From Podarcis pityusensis (lineage: Eukaryota): a DNA stretch of 64,000 nt. Positions within the stretch are counted from its first letter, which is position 1. Every line of letters begins with the position of its first letter. The DNA is taken from the NCBI GenBank assembly GCA_964106645.2, contig OZ067047.1. The stretch is one strand, 5' to 3'. This document shows, one piece after another, positions 24,301 through 33,300 of this stretch. The notes beneath the pieces were generated by a model. It worked only from the letters and a program-made list of their open reading frames with translations. It did not search any database and had not been told where the DNA came from. The position numbers were made by a program, and so were the translations under genes.

Positions 24301-27300
24301 CGAGCACTAGAAAATAACAAAGAAAATTCTGAAGTCTGGTGTCATTACCTCAAGCTATTTTCAAAAAGAGGAATAAAGGAAGAGGTGCAAGAAATGTGTG
24401 AGACTGCAGTGGAATATGCTCCTACTTACAAGATTTGGTGGACAGTAAGTTTGATCACTGGAAAAACTATATGTAGTAATTATGAAGTTAGTACACATTT
24501 GCACACTACATCTCACTTCCATGTATGTTTCATTTGAAGGCTTCCACTAAATAGCTTTTACAGCTCAAAAAGAACTTTTACAAAAACTTCTTAAACTTAG
24601 GATTTCCTTTTTTCTGCCACAGGGAATATAGAATCCCATAAAATGTACCAGGCAAATGGATGCCCGTTTGGGGTTCCTTTCACATTACCTTGCACCCAAA
24701 CTTTCCCCCCAACATCATGCCTCCAGGATAATATGTGATACAGTGCAATTGGCTGTAGTTGAAAGCAAACCAAAGGTGACTACAACTAATCCAGAATGCG
24801 GCAGCTAGACTGGTGACTGGGAGTGGCCGCTGAGACCACATAACACCAGTCTTGAAAGACCTACACTGGTTCCCAGTATGTTTCCGAGCACAATTCAAAA
24901 TGTTGGTGCTGACCTTTAAAGCCCTAAACGGCCTCAGTCCAGTATACCTGAAGGAGCGTCTCCACCCCCATTGTTCTGCCCGGACACTTGAGATCCAGCG
25001 CCGAGGGCCTTCTGGCGGTTCCCTCATTGCGAGAAGCCAAGTTACAGGGAACCAGGCAAAGGGCCTTCTCGGTAGTGGCCCCCACCCTGTGGAATGCCCT
25101 TCCACCAGATGTCAAAGAGAACAACAACTACCAGACTTTTAGAAGACATCTGAAGGCAGCCCTGTTTAGGGAAGCTTTTAATGTTTAATAGACTATTGTA
25201 TTTTAATATTCTGTTGGAAGCCACCCAGAGTGGCTGCTGCTGCTGCTGCTGCTGCTGCTTCTTCTTCTTATATCTCTGAAATGTCTCTGTGCATACACAG
25301 AAGCACTTTAGACATTTGCACACAGCTATTTAGATCCCAAAACAAAATGAGATGAATCCTCAAACGTTTTATCTTTCTTAACTGCCCTTCAGTTTCTAAA
25401 TCTGGAAAACTCATTTGATGGAAAGGATTATGTATGTGGGAGAATGCTACAGTTCCTGATGGAGAGTCCAAAATGTGAAGAGAATCTGGATCTTCGGTCC
25501 TTTCACTTGCTGGAGATGTTGCTGTATAGAGTTCACCTAAGCCTTTTTACTGGGAAATATCAAAATGCTGTTGCGTTATTCCAGGTACTTGCTTATGTAT
25601 ATCATGTTACGGTGATTTTTTGGCTTTGGCATCCATTGCTGTTTTGTCCTATATATCTAGTTTGAAGGTAATGTCCCTGCTGCACTATTCAGTAGCAGAT
25701 GAGAGCAATTTCATACAGACCAGAGTGTGCTTCCCTACAGTTATGAAAAAATGCTTGTAAATATGTAAGATCACAAAATCTCCACCATTTTTACTGGGTC
25801 TTCTAGGGAGCAGGGACTTCAGTAGTCTATAATACTGTCTGTGATTAAATGTTCCTCTGTCACATGGTCTACCAGTGTAATATATGGCCGTTGCATACAG
25901 TTTTCAACGTTTGTGTCTTATGCCATCTCAGTCCTTGTAGAAATAGTTTTAACTGCAAATTTATTTATTTCACAACATTTATATGCTGCTTAATTGTAAT
26001 ACCTTAAAGCATTTTTTTAAAAAATGTGAGACTTGGATACAGAACAAATTAGGCCAGGCAAATTTCTAAAACCTGGAATTCCCCAATTGTGACCATGGGA
26101 TCTGTTTAGTGAAACAAAACATTCAAGCTTGATTGCTAGAATATATTTCTATGACTAGGCATAATATAGCAAGGTTGCCCGTTATTTAAGCTGTCAGATT
26201 TAATCATCATATAACTTTCTTCTCCGCAGAATGCACTGAAGTCAGAAAGTGAACCGGTTTTGGTGCAACATCTCACCATAAGTGACCGCTGCTTAGCTTG
26301 GTTATCCTATATACATCTGATTGAGTTTGGCGATCTCCCCATCAAGTTCTATGATCCTGCCAATAGCAACCCTTCAAAAATAATGAAGAAGGAGCCTTTT
26401 TTAATACCTTGGAAAACAATTGAAGATGTGAAAGCTGATCCTGATACTTTGTTAGCGGTGTTTGAAGGTGAGGTTACCCATTTAAATTCAGCTGTGGTTT
26501 ATTTCTTGAATTAATATTGATAGAATATCTAAAATAATTGTGCTATGGTTACGTATGCAGTGGACTTTTGCTTTTCAGTGTGTAGTCTCTTGTGGTCTTC
26601 ATTGATTCAGAGGCAGTTTGCTTATGCTTATCATGTATAGGAGAAGCCATGACTTCTGTCCTTACAAGTCATCTGGGACCAATCCCATGGAGCTTGCTTC
26701 TGAGTAGAATCCATGTATTTTGCAGCAAGACAGTTTATTGTAGTGGATTGTGCAGACTGGCTTGATAATTTCTTCCTATAGGTTTAAAAAACGTAACATT
26801 TGCAGCATTGATAGCCATACAAACTGCAGCGTGAAGAACGGCAGGCTGGTTGGAGTGAGCTGTTGAATGGATGCTGGGAGGCCCTTCTTCTTGAAGTTTA
26901 GCATGCTGTTGGGGGAAGTTCCTTCTCCCCCTCCCTTAAATGCACCAGCAGATAGGCTAAAGGAAAGGGCCCTTTACCTTGTTTTTTTTAGCAAGCAGCT
27001 GGGTGAAGGGCCTCCCCCTCCTTCCAAAGGGGGGAGGGCTTGGGGGAGCTGTGGAAGGATAGGCGGGGGGGGGTGTAAAGGGATGGAGGGAGGGGGGTTG
27101 GTCAAGAATGTGGGAAGGGCAAAAGGGGCTTGTGAGCGCAGCAAGCAGGGAAGGCAGTAGTAAATAATAGTAAGAGGAATCTGTTTACAACAAGTAACTG
27201 AACTGAGACACAGCTTCCTACTGTGATCCTGCATGTTCAGTAATGCACATGTATGTACACAAAGGAAATTCTTTAAATGTTCGTAAAAAATAATTTTGCT

Positions 27301-30300
27301 TTGAGAATAATCAGTGATAATTGGAAGACTGGCTTTGTTGCTTTCTTAACAGTTTGGAAGAACTCAGATCTTATTTTATCTCTTCCGGTTTTTAAAATTA
27401 TTTATTATTATTATTATTATTAGTTGGTATTTTTGTAATGGGAATTTAAAACTTAATTTTGTGTGCTTGGATAATTTACATCTTCACCTCTTAAAAGAAA
27501 CTTTGAAATTATTTCATACCTAACTAAAGCACAATGACTGAAATGAAATGCATGACTACATTGTCTCCCCATCCCCCCCAAAACCCCACCAAAATACAGG
27601 TGTATTTATACATTAACATAAGCTTTTTATGTGGTAATGCTTTTGTATTTGTGAATGTGTAATCTTACTTGATGTTTGCTTGTTTTTAGATGCCATCCAG
27701 TCATGCACCAGTGAGGATTCTGCAGCTGATGAAAGAGTAGTTCTCTGTCTTCCGCTATATAGAAACATGGTCATTTTGCAGCAGCTGTTAGAAAGGTAAG
27801 TCACTTGCAAAATTGCTATTTTTATATGCTGTGTTAAGCATTATGGGTTATATTCAACTAGGTTTTACTCAGAGTAGAACCACTATAATTAATTGCTGCA
27901 AGTTAGCCAAGGCAATTAATTTAAATGGGTCTCCTCTGAGTAAAATTTAGTTGAATAGAATCCTTTGTACAAAAATGCATGGTGAGTGACAATTTCCCAT
28001 TTTTCTGGTATTAACACAGATGAATATATCAGCACTAAGAAAGGAGGTTCATGCCCATTGTTATGATTAAAAAAGAATAGGTAATAGGAAAGAGTGTAAT
28101 AGTTCACAAGATTGTCTTGGAAGTTCTTCTAGGTCACTGTCTTTTTAAAAATAAGATAAGTAATTGCTGTTTTTCACTGTTTTCATTCAAGGTGGGAAGC
28201 TGCTATTGAGCTTTGTAAATCACTCTTGAAACTAAACCCCATTGACTGTCGGCTGCTAGAAGCACTAGTTGGTTTGTACTTGCAGACTGGCCAGATGGAA
28301 AAAGCATGTGACGTGTGGCTTACAGCATTTGAGAAAAACCCTCAAAATGCCCAGGTTTTCTACTTTATGTGCAAATTCTTCATTCTGCAGGTAAAACACC
28401 AATGACTTTATTCAGCTTTTTGTAACTGGTTGGAGAGAAACCCAAGTTTATTTAATATAAAATGGTGACAGTCAGAGTACATTACAGTGAAAGGATTTGA
28501 CCAGGAGTTTGATTTTCAGACTTTAAGCAGCTGAGTTTTTGTTTTGCCTAAAGTTGTTGTTGCCCACAAATGCTAAAAACAAAAAAAGCTGGAATGTGAA
28601 TCTGAAGGGAGTGGTTTATTGGACGATGCAGAACAGCCTTCTTCAGATGATTGGGACTCAACTGTTATCGGCTCCAGCTTGGGTTGGTGAGAGCTGTAGA
28701 GGAAAACATCCGGTTGGGGCACGCTGGCGTTAGAATGTGACACAGATGTTGCAGCAGTCGTGTGTGACTCTTTATCCTTCTTTTGTAATGTGCAAAAGGG
28801 TGAGCTGATGAATCTAACCTATGGAGAGATGAAAAAGTTCATCCTTGAATGTTAACCATTTGAAGCACTGCAGAAAATTTAGGTAGCATTCTGCTTTTGG
28901 GTAATGTCTGCCCACCATCTGCATTCATGGTTTTGAAAGAGCCATTAAAATGTATTACGCAGAAGTTTGATTTGCTCTTCACATTTTGTAACTTTAGTCC
29001 AATGTCACTTACTCTCTCATGACAGAATAGATCAGATAGTATTCCTCCACTGTTGCAAGCCTTCGTTGCAGCATTCTTTGAGTGTGTGACTCGAGACAAC
29101 AGTCCTGTGGATCTGTTACGGTAAGTCTGGCAAGCAAACTAATCATTCCATGCTGCTATGAGCTCAGTTTATGTGATGCGTTGCTCGGTTCCGTTTATAA
29201 AATTTCTGTATGGTTACTTGTAAAAACGCTTACGTTACACACTGCCATTTTGCACAAACCTTAGTTTCTTGGAGAACTTTATGGCGATGCTGTCCTTAGA
29301 TTTCTCATTACAGTGAAAAGCAATTCACATGTTACTTTATTATTTGTCAGTTTGTGTGTTGAGTGTAAGGCAACTAGTGCTTGTGATATAAAAGTAGACA
29401 AATACTTTTAGGAAAGTGGTGCACAGCTATGTCGAGAGAAGCTATTATTTCTTGAGATATTCTTCCAGAATCTTTTAGCACCCTGTAATTATTGGCACAA
29501 ACCCCATTTACATATGAGGTAGCCAGGTTACGTAGCTGAAACTGATGCTGCAAACAGGTAGATAGATTTCTGCAACACCTCAGGCTTTTGAAATAAGCCT
29601 TGCAGCACCCTATGTTGGGGTTGCTATGGGAGCCTATGTTACCTTATGTGTTTCTGTAACTTAATGAAAACACTGCATTTGAGGTAAAAAGTTTATTAGT
29701 GGGTTGCACATAGTGCAAGGCTTCTTTATTTGCCATGTTTATATAGGTATGTATATGTCCATACACGTAAAATACAAGTTTTGAAAGGAAAACAAGCAAA
29801 TAAGCATATACCGTAATAATTGCACAATTTTCAAAAAAATACACCAGATTATGACTAAATTTTAAATAAATGTTAATATTTTAATTCAGAATATTATGAA
29901 TAAACAAATAAGGAAAACACAGGGGGGAACCCCAACATACTTAATATATTTAATATAGTCAATAAGGAGAAGATATTTATATATTGATAATATTTTGCTT
30001 GAGAGACATTATTTTATTCTTATTATTAAAATTGGTATACCGCCGTATACCTGCAGGTGTCAGGGCAGATCACACATATTTATATGTTCTCATAAGATTG
30101 TGAAAGGATTATAACAAAGCCTTCTTCAGACATCTCTTTAAAAGCATATTAAGCATAGCTTAAATACATTTCTTTGGTATCTCCTTCACTGTTTTGTTTT
30201 CACTTGGAATCAAACTAGATACCACAGTAATCCTTGGCGCAAGGGAATGCAGAAAATCATGATTTTGAAACGCAGCTATGCTCTACACTACAGATGGGGA

Positions 30301-33300
30301 AACTAGACAAGCAGCTACCGTTTTCAGTGGCTGCCATACGCTTCTTCCAAATTCTAGTCTGGCTCTTACTCGCTTGGTGATACACATAGGTGGTGTGTCC
30401 ACTCTTTGCTCAGATTGCTTCAGGTTAGGATTGTTTCGGTGTAGTGAACATTTGTCACACTGAATGAGGACTCTTTGTTCTAGATATTTTTTGAATTTCC
30501 CAATGCCAATTGAATTCACACCGCCTATGTATAAGGGAAGCTTTACAGAAGAGCTTTTAAACCAGCAAATTCCTTATTTGTGGCAAATATACTGGTGAGT
30601 TTTTCCAAAGTCTGATAATTTTTTAAATATTGCAACACTTTCTAACTAGGGAACTACAGATTGTAGAGGAGGCAGCTAATCTTGTATTATATATAATAAG
30701 AGCAAATATAAGGAGTGCCATGGTTGTCCTAGTTTCTGCCAGTATCCTTTAGGATTTTGGTATTTCTGTCATGAACATACACCATGCACTGCTTTGCTTG
30801 CCCTTTCTTATGCTATTTAGTTTGCAGTTTGGTGTTACAAACATCTGTTGTAATTTTTTTACTTAAAACACCATGAAGTTGGCTGTGTCTAAGTTTAAAA
30901 TCAGAAGACAGATGTGCTGCTTGAGCCCTGTGTCCCACACTTTAGTTTTGAATTATATATAAATGGAAGAGAGAACTTCTTAGAAGTACTTAGGCAGCTG
31001 CCAAAATCCCTTTATTCAAGTGCTTAGATTCATAAAGTGTAAGGAATTTCTACTAAAATACTCTCATCATCTGCATTGTTGGCCGCAGTATTCTCTTGCA
31101 GACATTCAGTCAAAATGAGATGAAGAGCTGTTTTGCTGACTTACATTAATTACATTAATTACAGTATTAATTATTGCCTGTTAACCACTGTGAATAGTTA
31201 AAGTGTTGAAACACTTTTAAAATTAGGAAACATTTTGTACCTCTGATCATTTTTTTTGGCTTATACTTGCGTATAATGTCAAGCTTCTCCATTGCCCTTT
31301 TCTTTCACAAAAGGCATGTAACAGTTTCAAAAAAGCTAACGCTGTTTTCTTTCAATGAAAAATAGCTTATACCAGTCTCTTCATGGAAGTTCTGGCGATG
31401 CAGTGGATGCTTATGAGGCAGCTCTGGGAGCAGTTATGCAAGAGGAAATAGTTCAGCAGATTTGGATAGAGTAAGTTTAAATGACGAGACATTATACCTG
31501 TAAAAGTAATGCATTTGGAAGTGTTAACACCTGGGTTTCTTTCTTTTTCAGTTACCTTGTTTTCATCAATGGCAAGGTTGTCAGATCTAACAATCAAGTT
31601 CAAGAATTCAAGCTTTTTACAGATCTTGTGAACAGATGTCTTGTTACAGTCCCCACCCGTTACCCTATTCCATTTAGCACCGCTGATTACTGGACCAACT
31701 ATGAATTCCACAACAAGGTATAAGTGTTTTGGTAATTCAGATACAGGACTCTGTATATAAAACACGTTATGCTAAAATACATGTAGGGTTTCCTTAGCAT
31801 TTTGTTCAACATATTGCGCTAAAATACCAGTTCTGTAAGGGAAATGAGAACTGTACACATATACAAAAGCTCCTTGCTGCAGAGTGTGTGTGCACATCTG
31901 TGCAGTGGCTAAATTTGTAGAGTATCAACTTCTCTAAAATGTTTTCTAGGCTGGGGATTGGCGAACTGTAGAAGCCTAGTGTTGCTGTATAGGGAAGGGT
32001 TGTCTGTCTCACTTTCCTTTCAGAGCTGACCTCCTTCAGGTTCCTTAGGCTGCTTGGAGATCATCCTTGGCTAACACCTCTGAAATGCTGCGTCAGCTGG
32101 TGTCTCTTCCACCAGCCCTCCCTACTTTTTGAAGGACTCCAGCATTTGCTGGAAAAGTGCAAATTCCCCTGTTTTCTTCTTGCTGTGGTTCATCTTTGGG
32201 GCCACTGGTACCTGGAAGAGCTATTTGTAGATGCTGCTACTAACTCAGTGCCACTGTCTTCGTCATCAAATTCAAGAGAGAGTGCACATCAGTGTTGGAT
32301 TTGTGAACAAAGCAGGCAGCTTGAATGATCTAACTTCTTGAAAATTAACCTTTACAGGTTATTTTCTTTTATCTGAGTTGTATTCCGAAGTCTCAGCATT
32401 CCAAAGAATTGGAAAGATTTTGCTCTACCATGCCTGCTAATCCTGGACTTGCATTCAGGTAAGAGAATATTGGCGGAAGCATTTAGAAGCAAGTACCTGT
32501 TTTCCCCGATGCCCTTTAAAAAAGTTACTTGCCATCTTCTAAGCTGGATGGCTGAGTGGGGCTTTCTTTGAAGAAAAAAAAATTTCTTCACAAAGATTAG
32601 ATCTGGAAATAAATAGTCTAGAGCAGGGCTTGGGTCTCCAGCTGCTTTTGGACTACAATTCCCCTCGTCCCTGACCACTCGTCCTGCTAACTGAATGATG
32701 GGAGTTATAATCCAAAAAGAGCTTGGAGACCCAGGTTTGGGAAACCCTGGTATAGAGCAAAGAGAACTAATACATAATATGATTTCTAAGCCTTCCTACA
32801 AACTGAAATAATACTTGTTAACAAAAAAACAGGAGGAGAGGAATTTAGTGTTGCTCTTATGGCAGAGCTTTCCAGACTTTCTCAACACTCCTCCCGGGAC
32901 TGGAAAAGGGTTAGTTTGCTAGTAAAACTCAATTACTGCGTCACAAAATGATGTGTGTCTAAAAAGTGTGTCACCAACATGAAAAATTTGGAAAGCCTTG
33001 CTCTAAGGTGATCATTACATTAGGGCAAGCATTTTGGTTTGCCAGATAGAACAGTCTCCCCTTCCCCCCCTGGCATTACGTCTGGGTTTGTGGGACTCAT
33101 TCTTAGACCAAGTATTCTACAGTAGGTTTATAAGAACACTGGACAGAGAGGCTTCACCTGTTATTCCAAAGTAGTATAATTACAACTATTATTGTGAAAG
33201 TCATACAGAAAACGATTATTTCAAGTTATTGATGCTAAAGGTGGTTCTTCAAGCTATTGAGTGATAAGGTGTACTTAGTTTTTCACACATGGCTTCTCCA

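Noticed and set aside
24680-25190. ORFs with reverse-transcriptase-associated text
   Set aside because: Short, frameshifted, 5'-truncated LINE remnant; not an active element or host gene
25373-25392. U12-like branch sequence TTTCTTAAC before exon 23
   Set aside because: The matching donor at 24445 is GTAAGT (U2 type), so the intron is treated as major class
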